In this document: one piece after another, positions 28,869-38,673 of the stretch
Layout: every line of letters starts with the position of its first letter
How positions within the stretch are numbered: position 1 is the first letter of the stretch
The notes under the pieces: generated by a model
Database searches by the model: none
The model's input: the letters and a program-made list of their open reading frames with translations, nothing else
Told to the model about the DNA's origin: nothing
Translations under genes and position numbers: made by a program
Assembly (NCBI GenBank): GCA_963666985.2
Contig: CAXXIA010000002.1
Location: forward strand, 2,368,001-2,432,000
Direction of reading: 5' to 3'
Length of the DNA stretch: 64,000 bases
Origin: Spirochaetia bacterium
GTDB taxonomy: Bacteria; Spirochaetota; Spirochaetia; DSM-2461

Positions 28869-30533
28869 ATGGAAAAGAAATTCGATCCGATCACACTGGA
28901 AATCATCCAGAATTCCCTGCAGGCGGCTTCGGATGAAATGTTCGCCGCTTTGCGCCGGACCGCCATGAGCGCCATCATTTATGAAGTGCTGGATATGGGA
29001 ACGGGAATTACCGACCGGAATGGAGAGATTGCCTCTTCCGGCGCGGGTATTCCGGCATTCGTCGGCGTTCTGGATAAGACCGTTAAGAAGATTCTGGAAA
29101 AGTACAACAAGAGCGGCGATATCGAACCCGGCGACGTTTTTCTTACCAACGATCCCTACAGCGGCGGTGTGACTCACTTGAACGACGTGGTTTTGACCAT
29201 GCCGGTGTTCTTTGAAGGGGACATCATTGCCTGGACGGCCAATATCGCCCATTGGAACGACGTGGGCGGTAAGGTGCCCGGTTCCATGTCGAATGACGCC
29301 ACGGAAATCTTCCAGGAAGGAATGATCTATCCTGGGGTGAAAGTCATCGTTAAGGGGAAACCCAACCGCGCGGTTTTCGATATTCTCACCGCCAACGGCC
29401 GGATGCCGGATTTCCTTTTGGGCGATCTCTGGGCCGGCATCGCCGCGGTCCGAGTTGGTGAAAAGCGACTTTTGGACATCGCCGGGAAGTACGGCAAGGA
29501 AACCTTTCTCTATGCCGTTGAGGACTTCATGGACTTCGGCGAGCAGGTGAGCCTGAACGCCATCAGCAAGTTCAAAAAGGGGCGCTACGAACTGAGAGAG
29601 GAACAGGACGACGGCCAGTTTTATAACGTTACCATCGATATTACCGACAATGAATTCCTTATCGATTTGAGGGACAATCCTCCGCAGAGCCCCGGTCCCT
29701 TCAATATGAGTCTTGACGATACGATTATCGCCTGTCAGATGGCGTTTAAGAACGTCCTCTCTCCGGAACGGACCGCCAACGGCGGAAGCTTCCGCCCCAT
29801 GAAGGTTCTGACCAAGAAGGGCACGATTCTGGATCCTGAGTATCCGGCGGCCATGGGTATCTACTACGAGCTCAACGTCAGGATTCAGGATCTTCTGGTG
29901 CGCTGTCTTTCCGAGCGGATGCAAGACGAGCTTCCCGCGGGGAATTTTTCCTCGGTCATGGGAACCCTTTTCGGCGGCATCCATCCCGATACCGGCCGCA
30001 ATTACGCGGTGGTGGAGCCCGAGCTCGGCGGCTGGGGCGGTTCTCCCACCAAGGACGGCGAGGCCGGACAGTTCAGCGCCCTCCATGGTGAAACCTTCAA
30101 TTGCCCGGCGGAAATCGCCGAATCACGCTATGGCGTGACCGTGGATTACTTAAGCTACCACAACGACGACGGCGGCGCCGGTAAGCACCGGGGCGGCAAC
30201 GGTGTGCGCATCGATTACCGTATCCGTTCGGATAATGCCTGGCTCTCGGTTGCCTATACCCGCGACCGCATTCCGCCGTGGCCGCTGAAAGGCGGAAATC
30301 CGGGATCGTCCAATCACATCGTTATCCGGCGGAAGAACGGGGAACAGGAGCGCTATTCCACGGGAGCCGTTTCGCTGAACACCGATGACGTGATTCAGAT
30401 TATGTCCGCCACCGGCGCGGGCTGGGGCGATCCGAAGGACCGGAGTCCCGAACTGGTGAAGAAAGACGTGCGCAACGGCTACATCACCCCGGAACAGGCC
30501 AAACGGGATTACGGCGTGGATGCGTCCGCGTAA
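28869..30533 (+). CDS. hydantoinase B/oxoprolinase subunit B
   Basis: DPITLE, PGD...NDPY..G.TH..D, AHW.DVGG..PGS, EIFQEG, GGAG..RGG.G, G.G.GDP..R. Confidence 0.95.
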   Translation: MEKKFDPITLEIIQNSLQAASDEMFAALRRTAMSAIIYEVLDMGTGITDRNGEIASSGAGIPAFVGVLDKTVKKILEKYNKSGDIEPGDVFLTNDPYSGGVTHLNDVVLTMPVFFEGDIIAWTANIAHWNDVGGKVPGSMSNDATEIFQEGMIYPGVKVIVKGKPNRAVFDILTANGRMPDFLLGDLWAGIAAVRVGEKRLLDIAGKYGKETFLYAVEDFMDFGEQVSLNAISKFKKGRYELREEQDDGQFYNVTIDITDNEFLIDLRDNPPQSPGPFNMSLDDTIIACQMAFKNVLSPERTANGGSFRPMKVLTKKGTILDPEYPAAMGIYYELNVRIQDLLVRCLSERMQDELPAGNFSSVMGTLFGGIHPDTGRNYAVVEPELGGWGGSPTKDGEAGQFSALHGETFNCPAEIAESRYGVTVDYLSYHNDDGGAGKHRGGNGVRIDYRIRSDNAWLSVAYTRDRIPPWPLKGGNPGSSNHIVIRRKNGEQERYSTGAVSLNTDDVIQIMSATGAGWGDPKDRSPELVKKDVRNGYITPEQAKRDYGVDASA

Positions 30534-30601
30534 GAGGCCGAAAGTAAATCGTTCGGACCGGTACGGTTCGCCGGCTTCGGCCGGATGAATTATCAAATGA
30601 T

Positions 30602-30636
30602 AAGGGGGCTGTCTCATAAGAGGCGGCCCCTTTTTT
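30602..30636 (+). terminator. intrinsic terminator after hydantoinase operon
   Basis: GGGGCTGTCTC-ATAA-GAGGCGGCCCC-T6. Confidence 0.8.
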
Positions 30637-30831
30637 GTGCTTTTGTCCGGGCATCGGCTCCTGAATCCCCCCTTCAAGAATTCCTGCCTCTCCGGCGGAA
30701 GCCGTTCACAGCGGCGTCGGTTTGGGAATCATCAACCTGTTTCCGCATCCCGGACAGGTATCCTTTCCATGGCTGTGATTCGTAAGAAATCAGCCCGCAT
30801 CGCCTCCCTTATGGCTTTGGCACGTGAATTT

Positions 30832-32295
30832 TCAGCTTGCCCTTGCTTCTTCGGTGAGTCCCTCACTAATTTTCTTCTCCAGAGCCTTAAGCGCGATTTT
30901 CGGATGCCCCACGGTTCCCGGACCGCAGATACATCCTCCCTCGCAGGCCATTACTTCCCAGAGCCCCTCGGGACCGTTCCCCGCGGCCGCGGCTTTCAGG
31001 CGATTCAGCGCCTTGCGGTCGAGGCCGTCAACGGAGACTGTCGGACAGGTGAGATTTTTCCCGCTGCCGCCGATATACCGGGCGACATTTTCGGCGACGC
31101 CGCCGGAGGAGGCATATCCCCATGCTTGTCCGTCGCCGGCCCTTAGATCGGGAAGACTCTCCTCCAATTCCCGAACGTCGATATCTCGGGCCAGAAACAG
31201 GGCTCCGAGTTCTTCGAATGTGATGACATATTCCGCGGCGCCCGTTTCCAAGACTTCGGCCTTTTTGGCAAAACATGGGCCTATGAAAACTCTCGGAGCG
31301 CCTGGGAAACGTTCGGCGGCTTCCCGGCCGGTGAACGTGAGGGGCGTGGGAGTTTCGGAAACCAAAGGAGCGAATTCCGGCGCATGGAGTTTAACGGCCC
31401 TCACGTAAGCGGGGCAGCATGAGGTTCCCATGATGGCTGAACCGCCGGAGCGGCGCTCGGCGAATTCCAACGCTTCCCTCTCCGTTGTTTTTTCCGCACC
31501 GGCGGCCACTTCGGCCACTTTGGAGAATCCCAGAAGCTTAAGCGCCGTAACGGATTGGTTGACGGTTCCGGGAAATTGTCCCGCGATGGACGGGGCGATC
31601 ATGGCGACGGCGTTACCGTCTTTCAGCAATTCGATTACCGGCAGAATGGAACTGCGTTCCATGATGGCGGCGAAGGGACAGGACCGGCTGCAGCGGCCGC
31701 AATGAATGCAGGCGTTCTCGTCGATGACGGCTTTCCCCGAATCGTCCTTGGCTATGGCTCCCACGGGACAGGCCGTTTCGCAGGGAACGGTACGGAAGGC
31801 AATGGCCTCGAAAGGACAGACCTGGCGGCATTTCCCGCAATCGACGCATGCTTCCCGATTAATACGGGCCCGGCCGTCGATAATGGTGATTGCCTTTTTG
31901 GGACAGTTCGTCATGCAGGGCCGGGCCACGCAGCCGCGGCAGAGATCGGTAACGATATGACCGCCGTCGCGGCAGGACGAGCAGGCGATATCGAGAACAG
32001 TCAGCGAGGGAGAGGGGCGGCGCCGCTCGGATAAGCTCTCCAGGCAGTAGTCCGCCAGGGGGCGCAGCTCGTCGGTTTCTTCTTCCACGGCATGGCCCAG
32101 AAGAGCCATGATTCGGTAGCGGATAACCGCCCGGTCTTTGTACACGCAGCAGCGGGACGAATCGCCCGAACGCGGCCTGAGTTCCAGGGGAATTCTGTCG
32201 ATTTTTTCCATCAGGGTTCCCTCAAAAGCCGCCTGGGCAATCGTTTCAATAAGCCTGGTCCGCAGATATCCGGCTTCGTTGCGTGAGGTCAGCAT
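30832..32295 (-). CDS. monomeric ferredoxin-type [FeFe]-hydrogenase (group B-like)
   Basis: Several 4Fe-4S motifs; H-cluster motifs GTSCCP, GPCFAKKAE, EVMACEGGCICG. Confidence 0.92.
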   Translation of the reverse strand: MLTSRNEAGYLRTRLIETIAQAAFEGTLMEKIDRIPLELRPRSGDSSRCCVYKDRAVIRYRIMALLGHAVEEETDELRPLADYCLESLSERRRPSPSLTVLDIACSSCRDGGHIVTDLCRGCVARPCMTNCPKKAITIIDGRARINREACVDCGKCRQVCPFEAIAFRTVPCETACPVGAIAKDDSGKAVIDENACIHCGRCSRSCPFAAIMERSSILPVIELLKDGNAVAMIAPSIAGQFPGTVNQSVTALKLLGFSKVAEVAAGAEKTTEREALEFAERRSGGSAIMGTSCCPAYVRAVKLHAPEFAPLVSETPTPLTFTGREAAERFPGAPRVFIGPCFAKKAEVLETGAAEYVITFEELGALFLARDIDVRELEESLPDLRAGDGQAWGYASSGGVAENVARYIGGSGKNLTCPTVSVDGLDRKALNRLKAAAAGNGPEGLWEVMACEGGCICGPGTVGHPKIALKALEKKISEGLTEEARAS

Positions 32296-32561
32296 ACATC
32301 ACCCCCAACGGCTTCCATGATCAATTCCACCAGCCGCTCCATGTCGACTCCTCCGTAAATCTCTCCGTCGACGGAAACATAGGGCGGCCGATTTTTTTCA
32401 GAGCGTTCGCCGCATCGGTTCATGCATGAGGAGCCTTGCAGAATGATGTATTTGGAGTATCTTTTGGGCAGTTTCTCCTTGACCGTGAGGAGTTCCGATC
32501 CTCCCAGAATGTAGCAGGCGGTGCCTGTGCAGACGGTTACGGTGACTGTTCTCATGTTCAT
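32289..32561 (-). CDS. thioredoxin-like [2Fe-2S] ferredoxin (NuoE-like small protein)
   Basis: VCTGTAC...G, CMNRC, PPYV.VDG. Confidence 0.85.
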   Translation of the reverse strand: MNMRTVTVTVCTGTACYILGGSELLTVKEKLPKRYSKYIILQGSSCMNRCGERSEKNRPPYVSVDGEIYGGVDMERLVELIMEAVGGDVC

Positions 32562-32570
32562 ATCCTTATC

Positions 32571-33755
32571 TCAGACGTACATAACGTCGGTTTTTTTCAA
32601 ATACAGGGTTTCAAGGGAACGGCGTATTCTTTCGATAAGGGTGCGCCGGATTCCCAACTCAATCGGCAGTGTCGGATTGTGATGTGCTTCATTGATTCTG
32701 GTTCCAACCAGAAACGAGACTTCGTCGCTTTCACGGAGAAGAGCGGCCAAGTGTTCGGCCGCGTTTGTTTCTTCCGGAGAAACCGTTTTGTGGGATTCGA
32801 GGATCTCGGCTGTTTTTCCCAATGTGAGCATGCCTTCCGTAACAAGGTCGACTCCTTCCAGGTTTGCCGAAGGAGGAACTTCGTCGGTTCGGTTTTTAAG
32901 ATTCACATGCAGGGGACGATTCCATTCCCGGGCGACTATGGAGGCGGTCGTGCCTCCGCAGATAACCTTGCGGCCTTTGAATCCGGCCAGACGGCCGGCA
33001 AGCTGCGTATCCCAATCGCGTTCGAACGGAGGTCCGGTGGCCAAGAGAAGTTTTCGCGGGCGTCGGACATAGGCAACCACGCAGGAAATGTCGTCTCGTG
33101 CCCGGTATCCGTCGTTCGCCATCGCCCGCCGGACCACTCTTAACGCCATATCGCCCGCCGAAATCTCCGGATTTCCGCGGACGAGTTCCTCAAGGAATCG
33201 CTCGAAGCCTTCCATCCTCCAGCCCAGAGGGTGCGCGGCGGTTCCCATCCCCGACTGCACCACGCCGTCGCTGCAGAACACAAGTCTGTCCTCGGGCAGG
33301 AGGGTGCAGGCGGCGGAACGAAGAACTTCGGGCCGGAACGCGTCTTTTCTGTTGAGATGTTCTTTCGTCCGTTCGATTTTTCGAACGGCCCCGTCCCGAA
33401 TCCAGAGAGTCGGCGGATTGTCGTATTCAATGAGATTGACGGTGCCGTCCGTGCGTATGTCCGCCAAGGTAAATGTGGCGTAGCTGATTTTCCTCTCGCG
33501 GCAAACGGGCAGCGTGTTGAGAATCACCTCGGCGCTTTTCTTCACATCGGCGTCCGAAAGAACGAACCTTTGTCCCATACCGGCGGTAAGCGTGGCCAAG
33601 ACATTCGCTTTCACTCCGCTTCCCATACCGTCCGAAAGTGTCGCGACGATGCGTCCGGATGCTGCATGACGTTCCATCAAAAAGACATCGCCGCAGATTC
33701 GCATGCCGTCCTTGGTCATCTGACAGGCATCCATTTCAATAAAGGAGTCATTCAT
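32571..33755 (-). CDS. SpoIIE/PP2C-family Ser/Thr phosphatase (HfsC-like)
   Basis: ICGD, LSDGMGSGVKAN, SYATFT, SDG, DD.S, ICGGTT, DLVTEG..TL. Confidence 0.9.
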   Translation of the reverse strand: MNDSFIEMDACQMTKDGMRICGDVFLMERHAASGRIVATLSDGMGSGVKANVLATLTAGMGQRFVLSDADVKKSAEVILNTLPVCRERKISYATFTLADIRTDGTVNLIEYDNPPTLWIRDGAVRKIERTKEHLNRKDAFRPEVLRSAACTLLPEDRLVFCSDGVVQSGMGTAAHPLGWRMEGFERFLEELVRGNPEISAGDMALRVVRRAMANDGYRARDDISCVVAYVRRPRKLLLATGPPFERDWDTQLAGRLAGFKGRKVICGGTTASIVAREWNRPLHVNLKNRTDEVPPSANLEGVDLVTEGMLTLGKTAEILESHKTVSPEETNAAEHLAALLRESDEVSFLVGTRINEAHHNPTLPIELGIRRTLIERIRRSLETLYLKKTDVMYV

Positions 33756-35439
33756 TGAAGGCTCCTATGAGGGAATCGAGAATGAGCTGTGTTTCGGCGG
33801 CATTCTCTCCGAGAAGCGAAGCGATCTGCTGAACGCTGGAGAGGTTCTTTTGAATGACTTCTTCCGCTTTTTTGATCACGGTTTCTTTTTTAACCTGCGG
33901 CGAGGTGATGTCCTGAAACACCGCTCCGGCGGAATTCTCGCCATCCACGGGGAATACCGTGGCTCTGTAGATGCGGTTTCGGCTGGCGATATTGCCGGAG
34001 AAAGACGCTATTTCACCGCTGAGAACCCGTCGTATGGAAGAGGTGTCTTCCATGTAATTCGCCAGCGATCGGCCGCGTATTCGGATAAGGACGTCTTTCG
34101 GAGGATCGAAGTCCAGATCGGTGAACAAACGGAGAAAACGTGCGTTGCATTCCCTGATGCACAGATTGCGGTCGGCGATAACCGCACCGAGAGGAAGAGA
34201 CTGCATCAGGGCGTCGCTTTGTTTCTGGGCCCGCCGGCGCATCACCGAGATGCACATGGATTCCTCGGCCATTCCGTTGAGAACGGCCTTCGCGAAATTC
34301 CGGCAGCTTTCGTAACCGCAGCTGCCGCAGTCCGGATCGTCTTCGAGGGAAGGGCGTCCCAGAGAGGTGAGAAAAGCCCTGATGTCGGCTTCATCGGTTT
34401 CTTTCGGCGGCAGAGCCGGAGCCGGGTTCGGCGGCCGGGCGACTAAGGCCGAGATGAGCGGATCGATACCGGAAGATTCCCGAATCCCGGCGGCCGTTTC
34501 CAGTCCCAACCGCCCTTTCAGACGCCTTTCCAAAGGAGAATCGTTCAGTGTCATTCCGGGGCCGTTCTGACATCCTCCGGAACAGGCGAGGAGTTCAAGA
34601 GGCGGTAATTCTTCGAAACTTTCGGCGGACCATCCGTCCAGACTCGCAAGGATGGAATCCAGCCCGGATATGGCGATTCCCTCGGGAATGTCTCCCGTCG
34701 CATTCGATTTTTCCAGAGCCTTCAGAAAACCTCCTTCCAGGAAGAAATCTTCGCAGTTGTGCTCAAAGGGCAGTCTTTCCTCGGCCGGAGAGTTCTCCGG
34801 ATTAGACTCCCGATCCATCCATTCCTTCAGTTCCCGGAACGTGATGGCGAGATCTACCGGAGAGGAGGGATTATCGGCCTCCAGTTTTTTGGCGACGCAG
34901 GGACCGATGAAAACCACCGTTGTTTCTTCGCCGAAGCGCTGTTTTACGGATCCCGCATGGACTTCCAGAGGTGAGGCCGCCGGAGAAAGGAGTTTCAAAA
35001 GAGAAGGACGATACCGAGCGATGTACTCCACGATAACCGGACAGGCTCGGCTGATGCCCCGCGCCATGTTCGGATTCGTTCGGCACGCTTCGGCGATGAG
35101 TCTTGCCCCTGTCGCCGTTTCCTCAACAGCCGTGAAACCGAGTGCGTATAACCGTCCGATAAGCTTCGGATCATCCGGGAATTCGGCAACCCATGACGGC
35201 GCCAGAGAGGCGACGACCGGTCCTCCCAAACGAATTGTCTGACGAACTCGGGCGATATCCGAGCGGATCTTTTTCGCTTCGGCCGGGCATTCATTGAGGC
35301 ATCGGCCGCAGTTCAGGCAGAGTTCCTTTTGAACTTCCGCCTTGCCGTCGATAATCCTGATGGCCTTAACAGGACAATGGCGCAGGCATCTGTAACAGTC
35401 CTGACAGGCCGTAGTTTCCGTATAAACCGGACCAATCAT
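33748..35439 (-). CDS. sensory [FeFe]-hydrogenase with Fe-S and PAS domains (HydS/HfsB-like, group C)
   Basis: 2x4Fe-4S N-terminus; variant H-cluster motifs SRACP, GPCVAKKLE, ELLACSGGC.NG; DCGSCGY.SC; PAS; VI.K....VQ.IASLLGE tail. Confidence 0.9.
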   Translation of the reverse strand: MIGPVYTETTACQDCYRCLRHCPVKAIRIIDGKAEVQKELCLNCGRCLNECPAEAKKIRSDIARVRQTIRLGGPVVASLAPSWVAEFPDDPKLIGRLYALGFTAVEETATGARLIAEACRTNPNMARGISRACPVIVEYIARYRPSLLKLLSPAASPLEVHAGSVKQRFGEETTVVFIGPCVAKKLEADNPSSPVDLAITFRELKEWMDRESNPENSPAEERLPFEHNCEDFFLEGGFLKALEKSNATGDIPEGIAISGLDSILASLDGWSAESFEELPPLELLACSGGCQNGPGMTLNDSPLERRLKGRLGLETAAGIRESSGIDPLISALVARPPNPAPALPPKETDEADIRAFLTSLGRPSLEDDPDCGSCGYESCRNFAKAVLNGMAEESMCISVMRRRAQKQSDALMQSLPLGAVIADRNLCIRECNARFLRLFTDLDFDPPKDVLIRIRGRSLANYMEDTSSIRRVLSGEIASFSGNIASRNRIYRATVFPVDGENSAGAVFQDITSPQVKKETVIKKAEEVIQKNLSSVQQIASLLGENAAETQLILDSLIGAFNE

Positions 35440-35441
35440 GA

Positions 35442-35684
35442 TTAGGCCTCCTCAAGATATCGGTTGACGACTTCGATGACTCCTTCCGGAGCGACGAGAT
35501 CATGAGAATCGCCATTGATGAGAATGTGGGGACCGCAGGAGCAGCGATTCATGCAGAGTCTGCCTGTTAAGGTGATTTCTTTTTCAAAACACCCCTCTTT
35601 AATGAGGTTCTCCAGGATTTCCAGCGTTTCCCGGTTGCCTCTGGCAAAGCAGGAACTTCCCATGCAGATTTCAATGTTGATCAT
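35442..35684 (-). CDS. thioredoxin-like [2Fe-2S] protein (HfsA-like)
   Basis: ICMGSSCFARGN, LCMNRCS.GP...ING; RBS AGGAG. Confidence 0.88.
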   Translation of the reverse strand: MINIEICMGSSCFARGNRETLEILENLIKEGCFEKEITLTGRLCMNRCSCGPHILINGDSHDLVAPEGVIEVVNRYLEEA

Positions 35685-35728
35685 GCCGGCTCTCCTTCTT
35701 GATAACCGAATAATAAGATAATTAAATA

Positions 35729-35796
35729 TCGATAAAAATATATTGACATAAGAACGGATTTTAATCAAGATATTATTATCGATATAAAAATATCGA
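35729..35796. promoter_or_regulatory. two 18-bp palindromic operator candidates TCGATA-N6-TATYGA
   Basis: 35729-35746 and 35779-35796; the first overlaps TTGACA at 35743-35748. Confidence 0.6.
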
Positions 35797-35852
35797 ATAA
35801 ATCGGAACGAAGCGGTGGAGAATCACCGTGGAAACGGACAAGGAGTTGCCTT

Positions 35853-38489
35853 ATGGCGGAGAGGAAAGAAACGAATAGCATGGTTGAAGAACGGAAGGCC
35901 GACGGAAAGGTTCTTCTTGATGATACGATCCGCAAGGCCGTAGAAGCTCAGGAAGCTTATTCCCGGTTTTCACAATCCCGGGTGGATGAGATTTTCAGGG
36001 CCGCGGCGACGGCGGCCAATGAAGCAAGGATTTCTCTGGCCAAACTCGCCCGGAGTGAAACCGGCATGGGTATTGTGGAAGATAAGGTGGTGAAGAACCA
36101 TTTCGCGTCCGAGACAATCTATAACAAATACAGGGATTTGAAGACTTGCGGTGTTGTCGAAGAGGACGAATCACTGGGTATCCGGAAAATCGCCGAACCT
36201 CTGGGTGTTCTGGCCGGCATTATTCCGACGACGAATCCCACCTCTACGGCGATTTTTAAAACCTTGATTGCCCTGAAAACACGAAACGGTATAATCCTTT
36301 CACCTCATCCCAGGGCCCGGCTATCCACCATAGAAGCGGCCGGAACGGTTTTGGATGCGGCCGTAAAGGCGGGCGCGCCCGAGGGTCTTATCGGATGGAT
36401 CGATACACCCACCGTGGAACTTTCGGCCTACCTGATGTCTCATCCTTCCATCAGCGCCATTTTGGCCACGGGCGGGCCGGGTATGGTGAAAGCCGCCTAT
36501 TCAAGCGGAAAACCGGCATTGGGCGTCGGCGCCGGAAACACGCCGGCCATTATCGATGAAAAGGCCGACATTGAAATGGCCGTCAGCAGCATTCTTTTAA
36601 GCAAGACGTTCGACAACGGAATGATCTGCGCTTCCGAGCAGTCGGTTGTTGCCGTCAATGCTGTTTATGCGGCGCTCAAGAGCGAATTCATTCGCCGCGG
36701 CGCTTATGTTTTATCGGCTTCCGAGAAGGAGAAAATCGCCGCCGTCATTATTAAGGACGGACGGGTTAATCCGGATATCGTGGGCCAAAGCGCCGCGACA
36801 ATCGCTTCCATGGCCGGTTTCAGTGTTCCGGGAAAAACGAAGGTTCTTCTCGGCGAGGTTCGGAAGGTTGGTGAAGATGAGCCTTTTTCATGGGAAAAAC
36901 TTTCCCCCCTCCTCGCTCTTTATAAAGAGCGGGATTTCACGGCCGCTTTGCAAAGAGCTCGGGAATTGGTGGAATTCGGCGGTCCGGGCCATACGAGCGT
37001 GCTCTACACCGATCCTTCCGACATCGAGCGGATTACGATTTTCGGCGAGACGATGAAATCCGGCCGAACCTTAATCAACATGCCTGCAAGTCAGGGCGCC
37101 ATAGGCGATTTGTACAATTTCTCATTGGCTCCGTCCCTGACTCTCGGCTGCGGCAGCTGGGGAGGCAATTCGGTCAGTCAGAATGTCGGTCCGGAGCATC
37201 TTCTCAACTATAAAACGGTTGCGTTTCGCAAGGAAAACACTCTCTGGTTCAAGCTTCCCGAAAAAGTTTATTTCAAGAGCGGCTCCACCGGTGAGGCCCT
37301 TAAGGATTTGGCCGGTAAGAAACGGGCTTTTCTTGTTACCGACCGGTTCCTTCATACCAACGGATACGCATCGGGTGTTATCGGGCATCTGGAATCGCTG
37401 GGCATACGTACGGAGGTTTTCTCGGATGTGGAGCCCGATCCCACTCTTGAAACCGCCTACGCCGGGGTGAAGCATATGGATGCCTTCAAACCCGACGTTA
37501 TCGTGGCCTTCGGCGGAGGATCCCCCATGGATGCCGCCAAGATTATGTGGCTGCTTTATGAACACCCGGAAGCCGATTTTAAGGATATGGCCATGCGGTT
37601 CATGGATATCCGCAAGAGGGTTTACCGTTTTCCCAAGCTGGGACGCAAGGCCGAGTTCGTTGCCATACCGACAACATCGGGAACCGGCTCGGAGGTAACT
37701 CCGTTTGCCGTGATTACCGATGGTAAGACCGGAGGGAAGTATCCCATCGCCGATTATGAGCTTACACCGGATATGGCTATCGTGGACGCGGATTTGGTGA
37801 AGGACATGCCCAAAGGTCTGACCGCGTTCTCCGGTATCGACGCCCTTACACATGCTCTGGAGGTGGTGGTGAGTGTTTTGGCCACCGAATACACCACACC
37901 GATGGCCCTTGAAGCCGCCAGGCTTCTCTTCGAATATCTGCCGCGTTCATACAAGAACGGCGGTGCCGATTCCGAGGCCCGGGAAAAGGTGCATCATGCC
38001 GCGAACATGGCGGGCATGGCCTTCGCCAATGCGTTTCTCGGTGTCTGCCATTCCATGGCTCATAAATTGGGAGCCAGACACGGACTGCCTCACGGTCTTG
38101 CGAACGCTCTTTTGATTGAAGAGGTGATACGGTTCAACGCCGAGACGGCTCCGACCAAGCAGGGAATGTTTCCTCAGTACAAAAAACCCGAATCTCTTGA
38201 ACGATACGCCCGAGCGGCAAGGTACATCGGATTACAAGGGAACAATGACGAGGAGCTTCTGGAGCGTTTGATCGATGCGGTCGCCGCGCTGAAAAAAGAA
38301 GTGGGCATCCCTGAGGATATTGAAAGCGCCGGCGTATCCGAACAGGCGTTTTTTGAAACCTTGGACCTGATGAGCGAGGATGCTTTTGACGATCAATGCA
38401 CGGGAGCCAATCCCCGTTACCCGCTTATTACCGAGATTCAAAAGATGTATACGCAGGCGTTCAGGAAAAAGGAGAAACGAAACAAATAG
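35853..38489 (+). CDS. adhE: bifunctional acetaldehyde-CoA/alcohol dehydrogenase
   Basis: ETGMG..EDK..KN.FA, PTTNPTST, GMICASEQ, TLGCGSWG.NS, GGGSPMDAAK, CHSMAHK.G..HG, DDQCTGANPRYP. Confidence 0.98.
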   Translation: MAERKETNSMVEERKADGKVLLDDTIRKAVEAQEAYSRFSQSRVDEIFRAAATAANEARISLAKLARSETGMGIVEDKVVKNHFASETIYNKYRDLKTCGVVEEDESLGIRKIAEPLGVLAGIIPTTNPTSTAIFKTLIALKTRNGIILSPHPRARLSTIEAAGTVLDAAVKAGAPEGLIGWIDTPTVELSAYLMSHPSISAILATGGPGMVKAAYSSGKPALGVGAGNTPAIIDEKADIEMAVSSILLSKTFDNGMICASEQSVVAVNAVYAALKSEFIRRGAYVLSASEKEKIAAVIIKDGRVNPDIVGQSAATIASMAGFSVPGKTKVLLGEVRKVGEDEPFSWEKLSPLLALYKERDFTAALQRARELVEFGGPGHTSVLYTDPSDIERITIFGETMKSGRTLINMPASQGAIGDLYNFSLAPSLTLGCGSWGGNSVSQNVGPEHLLNYKTVAFRKENTLWFKLPEKVYFKSGSTGEALKDLAGKKRAFLVTDRFLHTNGYASGVIGHLESLGIRTEVFSDVEPDPTLETAYAGVKHMDAFKPDVIVAFGGGSPMDAAKIMWLLYEHPEADFKDMAMRFMDIRKRVYRFPKLGRKAEFVAIPTTSGTGSEVTPFAVITDGKTGGKYPIADYELTPDMAIVDADLVKDMPKGLTAFSGIDALTHALEVVVSVLATEYTTPMALEAARLLFEYLPRSYKNGGADSEAREKVHHAANMAGMAFANAFLGVCHSMAHKLGARHGLPHGLANALLIEEVIRFNAETAPTKQGMFPQYKKPESLERYARAARYIGLQGNNDEELLERLIDAVAALKKEVGIPEDIESAGVSEQAFFETLDLMSEDAFDDQCTGANPRYPLITEIQKMYTQAFRKKEKRNK

Positions 38490-38599
38490 GCCGCGTTTCC
38501 GCAAAGGCCTCCCGCCGTCCGCTTCCGCGCGGCGGCGGGATGTTCCCCGGCACCGATAACCGAACCGTCCCTGATTCGCGAAAAAGCCGTTCCCGATAT

Positions 38600-38627
38600 T
38601 CTCATCATCGGTTCACGGACGGTTCAT
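38600..38627 (+). promoter_or_regulatory. 11-bp-period direct repeats (OmpR/PhoB-like box candidate)
   Basis: TCTCAT-N5-GTTCAC-N5-GTTCAT upstream of the lipoprotein gene. Confidence 0.35.
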
Positions 38628-38673
38628 GGAATTCCGGGAAAATCCTTCTGAAGACTTATGAAGAAGGTAGAAA

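Noticed and set aside
30818..30835. TGGCACG sigma54-like half site
   Set aside because: No GC at -12 spacing, and it lies between convergent gene ends
35685..35852. Rex operator upstream of adhE
   Set aside because: No TTGTGAA-N4-TTCACAA-like site present
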